Part shown: positions 20,056-30,090 of the stretch, one piece after another | Numbering within the stretch: position 1 is the stretch's first letter | Layout: each line of letters opens with the position of its first letter | NCBI GenBank assembly: GCA_963745835.1 | Contig: CAVUZH010000003.1 | Location: 992,001-1,056,000, forward strand | Direction of reading: 5' to 3' | Length of the DNA stretch: 64,000 nucleotides | DNA from: an uncultured delta proteobacterium | GTDB lineage: Bacteria; Desulfobacterota; Binatia; UBA9968 | Notes under the pieces: generated by a model | What the model saw: the letters and a program-made list of their open reading frames with translations, nothing else | Databases searched by the model: none | Told to the model about the DNA's origin: nothing | Program-made: the position numbers and the translations under genes

Positions 20056-21081
20056 ATGGTCATTGATTTTCAAGCTCACCTATTTCCCGACGAGTACATC
20101 AACGAACTTAAGCGCCGTGACGGCGCGGTCATTCTCGAAGAGCCCGACCCGTACAGCGGCATGACTTATTTCTATGACAAGAAATTGCGTTGTCGAATCA
20201 ACACGGCAATCTTCCAAGGGCGTGACATCGAGCGCCGGCTCGAGCATATGGACCGGCTCGGCATCGATATTCATGTATTGACCATTCCGGCACCGGGCGC
20301 GGATCGATTCGACCGCGACGATGCCGTGGCAATTGCGCGGGTGGCCAATGATGCCATCGCGGCTATCTGCCGCAAACACCCAAGCCGCTTTGTCGGCTTC
20401 TTTACCCTGCCGACCAGCTCGATTTCAGCATCGTTGGACGAGCTTGAGCGCTCGGTGCATGAGCTGGGACTCAAGGGCTTTGGTTCTTTCGCCAACCTTA
20501 ACGGCCAGGCTCTGGATCGCGAAGAATTGTTTCCGATCTACGAACGACTCGCTAAGTATAAGCTGCCGGTTTACATTCATCCTACTGCGCCGTTGGCCAC
20601 CGAAGCTACCGGAATTGACATCATGCCGACTCTGATATTCGGCTGGGCTTTCGACAGCACGGTGGCGATGACCCGGCTCGTTTATGGCCGCGTGCTCGAG
20701 CGCTTTCCGGAAATCGATTTCGTCGTCGCCGACGTCGGTGGCGTGCTGGCATTTTTCGCTCAGCGCGCGAAGAATATTTACTCCGGACGCACCGAAGAAA
20801 TTCGGCAACGGTACGGGCTCAAAGAGAACCCGCTCGACTCTTTTCGGCGATTCTACGTCGATACGGCCGACCATCCGGCCTCGACATTGAAATGTGTTTT
20901 GGATTTTTTTGGCCCGGAGCGGCTGGTGCTCGGAACCAATTATCCATATGGTCCGGAAGAGGGTTGCGTGCTCATTAAAAATAGCTTGGCTGCCATTGAC
21001 GGTCTGAACTTGAGCAAGAACGATAAAGACAAAATTCTCGGCGGCAATGCCGCGGAAATTCTCGGCCTGGGAGCGGCATGA
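20056..21081 (+). CDS. Amidohydrolase-2 family protein (ACMSD/decarboxylase-like), altered metal site
   Basis: IDFQAH, MDRLGID, PVYIHP, VADVGG, GTNYPY. Confidence 0.85.
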   Translation: MVIDFQAHLFPDEYINELKRRDGAVILEEPDPYSGMTYFYDKKLRCRINTAIFQGRDIERRLEHMDRLGIDIHVLTIPAPGADRFDRDDAVAIARVANDAIAAICRKHPSRFVGFFTLPTSSISASLDELERSVHELGLKGFGSFANLNGQALDREELFPIYERLAKYKLPVYIHPTAPLATEATGIDIMPTLIFGWAFDSTVAMTRLVYGRVLERFPEIDFVVADVGGVLAFFAQRAKNIYSGRTEEIRQRYGLKENPLDSFRRFYVDTADHPASTLKCVLDFFGPERLVLGTNYPYGPEEGCVLIKNSLAAIDGLNLSKNDKDKILGGNAAEILGLGAA

Positions 21082-22679
21082 AATATACTAAGGCAGCAAG
21101 ACCGGTGGTCATGGGGCAGAACGGGGTGGTGTCCGCAGGGCATCCGCTCGGCGCCTTGTCAGGAGTAAAAATTCTTCAAGAGGGCGGCAACGCGGTCGAT
21201 GCCGCGTTAGCGGCTGCCTTCGTCATGTCCGTTGTCAAACCGGAGGCCAGCGGACCTGGCGGTGATCTGTTCGCGCTGGTTTACATGAAGAAGGCTGGAA
21301 AGGTTGTCGCGCTAAATTCCAGCGGGCCGGCGCCGGCCAAGGCAACGATAAGTTACTTCCAGGAACACGGATTGAAGAGCATTCCGATCAATGGAGCGCT
21401 GAGCATTGCCGTACCGGGCGCGGTGGACGGCTGGCTGGAGCTTCACAAAAAACACGGCACCATAGAACTCAAAAGGCTAGTGTCCGATGCGGTGCGCATC
21501 GCCCGTGAAGGGTTTCCCATTTCCCAGGAGTTTGCTGAAGCCATCGAGGAGCATAGCAGGGAGTCTTCCTGGGTCGATCGTTTTTACCGAAAGCCTCTTG
21601 GTGTTTCAAAGCCGGGCAAAATATTAAATCAGAAAGGCTTGGCGGCGATTTTTGAAAAGATCGTCGCTCACGGGCGCGGCGGATTCTACAGCGGTGAAGT
21701 CGCCGATCAAATCGTCCAAACGGTCAGAGCCGAAGGCGGCATATTGGCGGAAGAAGATTTGCAGACAATCGTCGCGCACTGGATGGAGCCGCTGAGCTCT
21801 TCGTACCGCGACACCACGGTCTATGAGCAACCGCCGGTATCGCAGGGCTTCATGGTTCTCGAGATGCTCAACATTGCCGAAGCATGGCCTTTTGACAGCG
21901 GCAGCATGAGCCGCGCGGAAATGATTCACCTCCAGGTCGCGGCGAAGAAACTCGCATTTGAAGATCGCATTCGTTATCTCGAAGACCCGAGTTTTGGCGA
22001 TCCAAAAATCGCTACGCTTATCTCAAAAGATTACGCCGCCGCACGTCGTGAGCTCGCCAAAGACGCTCTGAAACGAAGCCCGGCGGCAGCGCCAAATCAA
22101 AGTAGCGATACTACCTATCTCTGCGCCACCGACCGTGATGGCAATGCGATCTCTTTGATACAGAGCGTGTTCGCGCCGTTTGGCTCGCGGGTGATTGCCG
22201 GGGAGACCGGCGTGGTCATGAACAATCGGTTATGCAGTTTCGGGCTAGATCCGGCAAAAGCAAACTCACTCGAGCCAGGGAAAAGACCGGCGCATACGCT
22301 CAATACCTATATGGTTTTTAAGGGCGCCAATGTTTTCGCGGTGGGCGGTAGTCCCGGGGCCGACGAACAGCCGCAAACTAATTTCCAGATCATTCACGAT
22401 TTAGTCGATCTGAAAATGGATCCACAAAGCGCCGTCGAAGCGCCGCGGTGGAGCCACCAGCCAGGCACGCCGCCGCGAGACCAGCTCCCCGAGTCGCTGC
22501 GGATGGAAGAAGGTTTCGATGCGCAAACTTTAGAAGATTTGCAAGCGCGCGGGCACAAAGTGTCTGTCGTTGATCGCTGGTCGTTCGGCAGCGCGAAAAT
22601 CATTGTTCGCGATGACGAAAATGGTTGCTGGCTGGGTGGCGCGGATCCACGCAGAGTGGCTTACGCGTTGGGCTGGTAG
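21078..22679 (+). CDS. Gamma-glutamyltransferase family Ntn hydrolase
   Basis: GGNAVDAA, SGPGGD, VPGAVDGW, DTTY (nucleophile Thr), PGKRPAHTL, GADPRR. Confidence 0.92.
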   Translation: MKYTKAARPVVMGQNGVVSAGHPLGALSGVKILQEGGNAVDAALAAAFVMSVVKPEASGPGGDLFALVYMKKAGKVVALNSSGPAPAKATISYFQEHGLKSIPINGALSIAVPGAVDGWLELHKKHGTIELKRLVSDAVRIAREGFPISQEFAEAIEEHSRESSWVDRFYRKPLGVSKPGKILNQKGLAAIFEKIVAHGRGGFYSGEVADQIVQTVRAEGGILAEEDLQTIVAHWMEPLSSSYRDTTVYEQPPVSQGFMVLEMLNIAEAWPFDSGSMSRAEMIHLQVAAKKLAFEDRIRYLEDPSFGDPKIATLISKDYAAARRELAKDALKRSPAAAPNQSSDTTYLCATDRDGNAISLIQSVFAPFGSRVIAGETGVVMNNRLCSFGLDPAKANSLEPGKRPAHTLNTYMVFKGANVFAVGGSPGADEQPQTNFQIIHDLVDLKMDPQSAVEAPRWSHQPGTPPRDQLPESLRMEEGFDAQTLEDLQARGHKVSVVDRWSFGSAKIIVRDDENGCWLGGADPRRVAYALGW

Positions 22680-22839
22680 CCCTGCAACCACCCAGAGGCG
22701 GAGTTTCGACGCTCTGCTTCAGTTTCGAATGCGCCACGAAGAACTGCGCTTCATAGAAGAACCGCGAGATATTCAAATCATTTTAGCCTGGGCCATCTGG
22801 AAAAGGCTCATAACCAACCGCGGAAGTTAAGGCAACCTT

Positions 22840-23892
22840 GTGAAGTCTAGCCTGTTTACAGAAATTCAGTGCCCGGCAGGTTCATCGCCCGAAAAACGCC
22901 TCAAGGAATTTCTTGAGCAAGCTGAACTAGCGGACCATCTCGGCTTTAAAACTTTCTGGATCGCCGAAATTCACTGCCAGCCGAAGTTTTCTCTACTTGC
23001 CGCGCCGTACGTCGTGTTAGGAGCGGTAGCTCAGAGAACCAAACGTTTGCGGCTCGGCGTCGCCGTCAATACCTTGCCGATTCATCATCCGGTACAGCTG
23101 GCGGAAGAGGCCGCGATGCTCGACATACTTTCTGGCGGTCGCATGGATTTCGCTGCCGGCGGCGGTCATCCACACAGCCGCGCTTACGAATGCTTTGGCG
23201 CAGACCACAAAGTAACACACGATCTTATGGTGGAGGCTCTGCAGATTATTCGTCGGGCCTGGTCTGAAGAGATTCTGACCTTCGATGGAAAATTCTTCCA
23301 GATTCCTGAAGTCGTGGTTAACCCCAAACCGGTCCAAAGGCCGCTGCCGCCATTTTACATGGCGACGAGTTCTCTTGATGGAGTCGCAGTGGGAGCCCGT
23401 CTGGGGATCAATTTGCTCCTGCCGATTCACACCCGTACGCCAGAGCAAGTGATCGAATATTCTCAGGCTTATTGGCAGGGACTGGAAACCTATGGCCATG
23501 ATCCAACCTCAAGGGAATTGGGTCTTTTAGTGCCGATGCACTTGGCGTCGAGTACCGCCCAGGCCAGATCCCGCTCTGAAGCCGGCATTATGAGTTACTT
23601 CAAAACCATCGCCGATATGCGCAGTGATTACGTTGAGTGGTTGACTCGTCGGGGCGATGAATTACCCGTCCGGCTGAGAACCGCTGCCGGCGCTTCGGTG
23701 AGTTTCGTTGACATCTGCGCGCGCCATGCGGTGATTGCGGATTCCGAATCTGCCCTGCAGACGCTTAGCGCTTTAACTGCCGATACCGGCGCGACGCATC
23801 TTCTCGCCTGGTTTAACATCGGCAACGTGCCGCACCAGCTGGTTCAAGAATCGATGCAGCAGTTCGCGGCTGAAGTCATGCCGCATCTATGA
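22840..23892 (+). CDS. LLM-class flavin-dependent oxidoreductase
   Basis: AQRTKRLRLG, HPVQLAEE..LDILSGGR, PKPVQRP. Confidence 0.9.
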   Translation: MKSSLFTEIQCPAGSSPEKRLKEFLEQAELADHLGFKTFWIAEIHCQPKFSLLAAPYVVLGAVAQRTKRLRLGVAVNTLPIHHPVQLAEEAAMLDILSGGRMDFAAGGGHPHSRAYECFGADHKVTHDLMVEALQIIRRAWSEEILTFDGKFFQIPEVVVNPKPVQRPLPPFYMATSSLDGVAVGARLGINLLLPIHTRTPEQVIEYSQAYWQGLETYGHDPTSRELGLLVPMHLASSTAQARSRSEAGIMSYFKTIADMRSDYVEWLTRRGDELPVRLRTAAGASVSFVDICARHAVIADSESALQTLSALTADTGATHLLAWFNIGNVPHQLVQESMQQFAAEVMPHL

Positions 23893-23911
23893 TTGTCAGG
23901 GGGGGATCGAT

Positions 23912-24265
23912 ATGGAAGATCTAACAGAGCAGAAATGCGAAGCGTGTCGCGTGGGCGCGCCACCTGTCACGGCCGGTGAGATACGAGAGCTCCAGCCCAG
24001 AGTGCCTGATTGGCAAATCATCACTGAAGACAGCATTCCCAAGTTGGACCGGCAGTTCAAATTCAAGAATTTCAAAGACGCGTTGGCCTTCACCGATGCC
24101 GTGGGAGCAGCCGCGGAGGAAGAGGGCCATCATCCGCGTATCACCACGGAATGGGGCAAAGTGGGGGTGACCTGGTGGACGCACAAAATTCGCAATCTAC
24201 ACAAAAATGACTTCATCATGGCGGCGAAAACCGACGCGATCTATAAGAACTATCAGCAGAGTTAG
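23912..24265 (+). CDS. phhB: Pterin-4-alpha-carbinolamine dehydratase
   Basis: CEAC, FKFKNF, AEEEGHHP, WWTHKI..LHKNDFIMAAK. Confidence 0.93.
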   Translation: MEDLTEQKCEACRVGAPPVTAGEIRELQPRVPDWQIITEDSIPKLDRQFKFKNFKDALAFTDAVGAAAEEEGHHPRITTEWGKVGVTWWTHKIRNLHKNDFIMAAKTDAIYKNYQQS

Positions 24266-24370
24266 AGGATCAAATAGCGAAAGAGGCTGTAGACTTTCGC
24301 TGAGACTCTCGCGAGATAGACAACGCATCACTCTGAGCGACTTCTACCAACAATCAAGCCTGGAGATCCA

Positions 24371-25145
24371 ATGGTTCAATCGACAATTTTTTGCCTGGGC
24401 GTTCATTTGGACGCTGATGTTCAGCTTGAAAAGAGGCTACGCTGCTTCTGCCGATGATAATTTCTACAAGGTAAGACTATTCGCCTGATCGTCGATTTCT
24501 CCGCCGGCGGAGGATACGACACCTATTCTCGAACAATCGCGCGGCCTCTCAGCAAACATATTCCTGGCAATTTGCTGCCAAGGAGCCGATCAAGTTCGGC
24601 GGCGTCGGCCCAGCGGGACCGCGTCTGATATTCCACGCGGCTCTCGGGCTGCCCATCCGTGTCATTGATCGTTATAAGGGTACCGCAGATATCCGACTGG
24701 CGACCGAAAGCGGTGAACTGGCGGGAGGCTGTTTAGGTTGGGAGTCGCTTAAAACAACCTGGCTAAAAGGCATCGAATTAGGCGAGGTGAGTGTGGTGGT
24801 GCAGAACATGCCGAAAAACACCCCGAGCTGCCCAGTGTGCCGCTAGTAGGCGATTACGTCAAACCGACGAGGCTCGAAGGCTGATCAAATCCGGCATTCA
24901 AGATACGGCGGTGATCACCAGACCCTATTTTCTATCCCCAGGTACACCGAAGAATCCTGTCCAACTACTCCGCAAGGCCTTTGCCGATACACTGAAGGAT
25001 CCTGAGCTGCTGGCCGAAGCGAAAAAAGGCTAACCTAAATATCGATCCTATCTCAGGCAAGGAAGTTGAAGCAATTGTTCAGGGACTGTACAAAATCGAG
25101 CCCGCTTTCATCGTGCATATGAAGCAGGTTCTGATATCTCAACAG
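24371..25145 (+). pseudogene. Decayed Bug/TctC-family substrate-binding protein
   Basis: Fragments across frames: TIRLIVDFSAGGGYDTYSRTIA..KHIPGN, then a large internal deletion, YKGTADIRLATESGE, RPYFLSPGTP..LRKAFADTLKDPELLAEAKK; end coordinate approximate. Confidence 0.8.
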
Positions 25146-25276
25146 GTTCCACCCGTTTCAATTGTTCCATCAGTTCCACTCGTTGAATCAGGCCCTAGAA
25201 GTCATCGACAGGACTGTCGGCGATGTCAATGATGAGTCGCCGAATAGTGCGTGTGAACAATTGAAACGGCTGGAAC
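25146..25276. repeat. 131 bp element with 22 bp terminal inverted repeats made of 9 bp units
   Basis: GTTCCACCCGTTTCAATTGTTC (25146-25167) versus GAACAATTGAAACGGCTGGAAC (25255-25276), one mismatch. Confidence 0.75.
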
Positions 25277-25294
25277 GATTGGAACCGCCTTTTC

Positions 25295-26908
25295 CTATAG
25301 AGCTTGATCGATAACGATGTCAATGTTCTTGGCGCCGACATCGATCGGCGCCTGGTAATTCCCTATCAAATCTCCTGGTGTCCGCGTTGTCGGATTGCCA
25401 TCCTGGTCTAAGCGGGCGCTTAAATTGATTTTGCCGGTGAACGGGGTTCCCTGCATCATGACGTTGTCGGCGCCAATGACATACGACAACGGAAAAACCG
25501 GCTGATCGATTTTCTTGACCGCAAGCGGCGGTCCTCCTCCCGAACCGGCGGGCCTTGCGATGATGAACAAGGTCGCCTTGCTGTTCATTCCTTTGAACTT
25601 CGAGCCGAGAGTGATTTTGCCGCTGACGGTTTGCTTCGAAGCCGGCGAAGACGCGGCGGGGACTTGTCCGGCATCGCTACCCGGCGGGGGAAACGATGCG
25701 ACGATTTTTTCTATCTCGGCTCTGTCCTCGCCCGGCGGAATGAGCTGCAATAACCGCTGTAACACCACCCGCGCCGCCGCGTAATCCTTCTTCTCGCGAT
25801 ACAGGATCATTCCTTTGCCCCAGAGCGCCATAGGATAATTCGGCGCTTGCGCTAGAGCTCGATCGAAAGCCATCATTGCGCCATCGGCATGACCCGCCTG
25901 AATGAGTATCATGCCCATGTAGCTGTGCGCCTCAGGCTGGTTAGGATCGTTCTCTAAAACTTTCTTGAATGATTCGATAGCTTTGGGAAAATCCTGTTTC
26001 GCAAATGCTCTCTTGCCCTCTTCCAAAGCGGAACGCGTCGCGGCATCGGCAGGCATAGTGCCGGTGAGAAAATCTCCGGTCATCGAGTCCTGCTCAGAGG
26101 TGCGTGGTCGTAAGGACTGGGTCAACAATACGCCGAGAGCTAGACCGAAGAGAAGAAGCAAGGCTCCACCTGTAGCCAATTGCCAGCGGTGAAACCGACT
26201 TCGGCTTGGGCTCTCTGGCCGCCGGGCTGGCTTATCTTTTACTGGTGCTTTGACCGCCGGCTCCGGTGGTAGTGCGCTTAGCTGTTGTAGAACCACTGCT
26301 TGCTTGCCTTCCACCTCGCTTCTTAAAGCGCCGTAATCGGCTTGTGAAAGTTTGCCGGATTCAAAATCGAATTCCAGTTCTGTTAACTCGTCGGCGAGCC
26401 GGATGTTTTCACGCGCCAACTGCGCTCTTGTAGTAGGATTGTCGACATCCGGCACTTCAACATTTTTAACATTTATTTCTTGGCCTAACCCGGCGGCAAA
26501 CCTAGGATCAATCTCAGAAGCAACGCGGTGCGCCTTTCTTGCCGCCCAGCGGCGCGCAAGCAACAGAGCGGTAATCACTCCGATGATCAGGACAGTCAGC
26601 GGTAACCACCATAGAAGTCGGTTGAATCCGGCATTAGTCGGCGCCAATAGCACCCACTCGCCGTATTTCGACACAAAGAAATCTTTGATCTCCTGCGGAG
26701 ACTTGCCGGCCTGTAGCTGCTCGCGAACACTAGCCCGCATCTGCTGCGCCATTTCGGACGGCGAGTCAGCCACCGAGAGATTCTGGCAAACCACACAGCG
26801 CAGTTCCGCAGAAATCGCCCGAGTCTGTTCCTCGATTTCCGGTGCCGGCGCGGCTTGGAGTCCGCCGCCTAGAAGAGTAAGTAAAATGAGAATGATGCGA
26901 AAAGCCAT
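25295..26908 (-). CDS. ccmH: CcmH-CcmI (CycL-CycH) fusion with TPR and a C-terminal domain
   Basis: LRCVVCQNLSVADS, FFVSKYGEWVL, ELEFDFESGKL, TPR helices, GPPLAVKK. Confidence 0.88.
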   Translation of the reverse strand: MAFRIILILLTLLGGGLQAAPAPEIEEQTRAISAELRCVVCQNLSVADSPSEMAQQMRASVREQLQAGKSPQEIKDFFVSKYGEWVLLAPTNAGFNRLLWWLPLTVLIIGVITALLLARRWAARKAHRVASEIDPRFAAGLGQEINVKNVEVPDVDNPTTRAQLARENIRLADELTELEFDFESGKLSQADYGALRSEVEGKQAVVLQQLSALPPEPAVKAPVKDKPARRPESPSRSRFHRWQLATGGALLLLFGLALGVLLTQSLRPRTSEQDSMTGDFLTGTMPADAATRSALEEGKRAFAKQDFPKAIESFKKVLENDPNQPEAHSYMGMILIQAGHADGAMMAFDRALAQAPNYPMALWGKGMILYREKKDYAAARVVLQRLLQLIPPGEDRAEIEKIVASFPPPGSDAGQVPAASSPASKQTVSGKITLGSKFKGMNSKATLFIIARPAGSGGGPPLAVKKIDQPVFPLSYVIGADNVMMQGTPFTGKINLSARLDQDGNPTTRTPGDLIGNYQAPIDVGAKNIDIVIDQAL

Positions 26909-26912
26909 TGTT

Positions 26913-27479
26913 CTAACGTACGGATTGAAATTCGCCTCTTCCTTCCTTAGCGCTGACGACACTCTGTTGCGCTTCGAGCAGCTTCTCCGTCACCATGACG
27001 GCGCGGATACCGCCGACGTGTTTGTAGGTGATCCGCCCTTGGGGATCGATGAAAAAACTTTCCGGAATGCCCCAGACACCGTAATCTATCGCGATCTTGC
27101 CGGAAGCATCCTTGCCGTTGGGATAAGTTACCTCGAACTCTTTGAGAAATTCGAGTGATGCCTGATCGGTGTCCTGGAGCGCAACTCCGATAAAAATCAC
27201 GTTCTTTTCTTTCAGCTTTTGCCAAGCTGCTTCGAGGTCTCGCGCTTCGGCGCGGCACGGCGGGCACCAGGAAGCCCAAAAATTAAGAAATATGGCTTTG
27301 CCACGCAGATCTTCTAGCCGAAGCTTGCCGCCGTTGAAAAGCTCGATGGAAAACGGCGTCGCCGGTTTGGCCAGCAACGGCGAGGTAATGTAGCGCGCAT
27401 CACGGCTGAATCCGAACGCCAGCAACGCCAAGATTGGCGCAACGATCAATAAAGTAAGAGCGACTCGGCGCCAGGGCAT
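26913..27479 (-). CDS. ccmG: CcmG/TlpA thiol-disulfide oxidoreductase
   Basis: N-terminal TM, LNFWASWCPPC, YGVWGIPESF. Confidence 0.88.
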   Translation of the reverse strand: MPWRRVALTLLIVAPILALLAFGFSRDARYITSPLLAKPATPFSIELFNGGKLRLEDLRGKAIFLNFWASWCPPCRAEARDLEAAWQKLKEKNVIFIGVALQDTDQASLEFLKEFEVTYPNGKDASGKIAIDYGVWGIPESFFIDPQGRITYKHVGGIRAVMVTEKLLEAQQSVVSAKEGRGEFQSVR

Positions 27480-27688
27480 GTTAACCGACCTCGTTGCACG
27501 TGCAAGGGCAAAGCGTTTGCAAAAAAGTTTTCGTTCTTCGAAACTGCTTAGACATTCGCTTCATCCAGATATCGTAAAATTTCCAACCAGAGGAGGCAGC
27601 GACAAAAATCGGCTGGCAATAACTGCACTCCCGGTAACTTGGCGCACTCGCTTCCACACTTAGGCAAACTTAAGAATACGACGCCAGC

Positions 27689-29650
27689 TCATACCTCAGT
27701 TGAAGCGGGTTTGCACATCGGCCAGATCGTAACCAGCGTCCCAAAGGCGATCACGAAACCGCCGATCCACATCCACACGACCAACGGTCGCACCAGCACT
27801 TTCAAGGTCGCTTGGTTTTTATCGAGGTCGCTGAAACCGGATAAGATCAAATAGATATCCTCACTGGCGCTGCTGCGATGCACTGCCCGTCCGATCGGCG
27901 ATTGCTGGCTCGGGAAAAACTTGAGAGCCGGGGCTAACAGTCCGATTTCGGAGCCTTGCTTCAGCACTCGAAAGGCGCCTTCGACGCGAAAGTGGGTCGG
28001 CTGCTGGGAGCCGCGCAGCCCTTCAAACCGGATCTGGTAATTCGCAATCGAAAGACTTTCATTCAGTCCAAGCGTCGCCTCGCGTTCGACGCTGTAAGTC
28101 ATCGAACCGGCGATGCCCATGATGATCAACACTATCCCCAGGTGTACGACCAAGCCGCCGTAACGTCTTTGATTCCGCCGTGTGAGTGTAATCAGGCCGC
28201 GAATGATGCCTTCATTCGCAAGCCGGCGCCGCGCCCGTAAGGCGAGAGCGGTGTCATAAACAATCGTCATGACAACGAAGGCGAGCAAGGTAAAGCCGAG
28301 CAGCGGAAGAAAATCCTTCACCTTCCAAACAAACAAGACCAAACCGAACACGAGCGATCCGGTCGCCGGCCAGATAAAATTGCGCTTGAGATTGTCCCAT
28401 GAAGCTCGCCGCCAGGCGATCATCGGACCGACGCCCATGAGAAACACCAAGAAGAGGAAGAGGGGAACGGTGACCGAATTGAAATAGGGCGCGCCGACGC
28501 TGACTTGCACCCCGGCAACCGCTTCGGATAACAGCGGAAAGATAGTGCCGAGAAAGATCGTAAAGAGAGCGGAAACCAGCACGATATTGTTTAATAGGAA
28601 GGCCGATTCCCGGCTGACCATCGAGTCCAGTTCAGGCTGCTCTTTCAACATATCAGAGCGGTAGGCGAGCAATCCGAACGAAGCTAATAAAACAAAGGCG
28701 AGAAAGCCCAGGAAAAAAATTCCAACCGGTCCGGAAGAGAACGCGTGGATCGATGAAAGAATGCCGGAGCGGGTGAGAAATGTTCCGAAGATTGTCAGGC
28801 TGAAGGCGATGATGATCAAAGAAAGATTCCACACTTTAAGCATCCGGCGCCGCTCCTGGACCTGAATCGAATGTAAGAATGCCGTGGCCGGCAACCAGGG
28901 CATGAACGCGGCATTCTCGACCGGGTCCCATGCCCAATAACCGCCCCAACCCAAGACATGGTAGGACCACCACGCGCCAACCAGATTTCCGGCGGTCAGA
29001 AAGAACCACGCGATGATGGTCCAGCGGCGGGTTGTGGTGATCCATGCTTCGTCTAATTTACCGACGATCAGCGCCGCTATAGCAAAGGCGAAAGGCACCG
29101 TCAGGCCTACGAACCCGGTGTAGAGTAGCGGCGGATGAGTCATCATGTTGGCGTCTTCCAGGAGCGGATTTAAACCGCGCCCGTCGGCAGGCACCGGAGA
29201 AAGAGTTTCGAACGGATTTGAAACAAAGGCGATGACGGCCAGAAAAAAGAAAGAGACAATCGAGAAGACCATGAGCACCCATGGCAGGGTCTCCTTGTGA
29301 CGGCCGCGATAGATCCATGCAACCAGACCGGAAAAAATTATCAAAATCCATTGCCAAAGCAGCAGAGAACCCTCTAACGCGCCCCATAATCCGGTTACGC
29401 GGTAATAAATCGGCGTAGCCCGGGTGGTGTTGAACGCAACATAGCGAACGGAGAAATCTGCCGACACTAAGGCATAAATCAAGGCCGAGGCGGCTACCGT
29501 CACAAAAACGAATTGCACCGAAATGGCGCGACCAATGACAGACGAATACCTTGCGTGACGGCCGCGCGAAGAGAGTATCGGCGCGACGATTCCGGCGGCG
29601 GCAGCCACCAGGGCGATCAGGACACTGATATAGCCGATGGTTGCGGTCAC
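27689..29650 (-). CDS. ccmF: Cytochrome c haem lyase subunit
   Basis: HPPLLY, LGWGGYWAWDPVENA, GTFLTRSG..SIHAF, HLG. Confidence 0.96.
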   Translation of the reverse strand: MTATIGYISVLIALVAAAAGIVAPILSSRGRHARYSSVIGRAISVQFVFVTVAASALIYALVSADFSVRYVAFNTTRATPIYYRVTGLWGALEGSLLLWQWILIIFSGLVAWIYRGRHKETLPWVLMVFSIVSFFFLAVIAFVSNPFETLSPVPADGRGLNPLLEDANMMTHPPLLYTGFVGLTVPFAFAIAALIVGKLDEAWITTTRRWTIIAWFFLTAGNLVGAWWSYHVLGWGGYWAWDPVENAAFMPWLPATAFLHSIQVQERRRMLKVWNLSLIIIAFSLTIFGTFLTRSGILSSIHAFSSGPVGIFFLGFLAFVLLASFGLLAYRSDMLKEQPELDSMVSRESAFLLNNIVLVSALFTIFLGTIFPLLSEAVAGVQVSVGAPYFNSVTVPLFLFLVFLMGVGPMIAWRRASWDNLKRNFIWPATGSLVFGLVLFVWKVKDFLPLLGFTLLAFVVMTIVYDTALALRARRRLANEGIIRGLITLTRRNQRRYGGLVVHLGIVLIIMGIAGSMTYSVEREATLGLNESLSIANYQIRFEGLRGSQQPTHFRVEGAFRVLKQGSEIGLLAPALKFFPSQQSPIGRAVHRSSASEDIYLILSGFSDLDKNQATLKVLVRPLVVWMWIGGFVIAFGTLVTIWPMCKPASTEV

Positions 29651-30090
29651 TTAGCTGTGTATTCCTTACCCGGGACAAAACTGTTCGGCGCGCCCTGAGT
29701 GCCCTCATGCGGGCTGTACTCTTCGGCATGCTTGGCCATGATAGTCGATGCTTGAAACACCCCGTCCTTGCCGACGCGGCCTTCGACCACCGCGCCGGTT
29801 CCCTCTCTAAAGAGGTCAGGTGGCACTCCGCGAAAAAAGACCGGGAACGCGCTCGCGCCATCGGTGAGTTCAAACTTGTAGGTAAGATTCTTTACGTCTT
29901 TCTGCAGTGAACCTTTAACGACCATACCGCCCATGCGCAAAAACTTGTCCGCCGAGGATGTTTCCTTAGCTTTAAGTTCAGAGGGGGTGACGAAATAAAC
30001 CAGCGCCTGCTGCATGCCGCCGTAGATGACGTAGGACAGCGCCGCCAGTATTATCACCCCGCCGATCAGAAAACGTCTATTTTTTGCCAT
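29647..30090 (-). CDS. ccmE: Haem chaperone
   Basis: RMGGMV..GS, PDLFREG, AKHAEEY (HxxxY). Confidence 0.93.
   Translation of the reverse strand: MAKNRRFLIGGVIILAALSYVIYGGMQQALVYFVTPSELKAKETSSADKFLRMGGMVVKGSLQKDVKNLTYKFELTDGASAFPVFFRGVPPDLFREGTGAVVEGRVGKDGVFQASTIMAKHAEEYSPHEGTQGAPNSFVPGKEYTAK

Noticed and set aside
25146-25290. CRISPR array
   Set aside because: Units are 9 bp without spacers; no repeat-spacer array or cas gene was seen anywhere in the window
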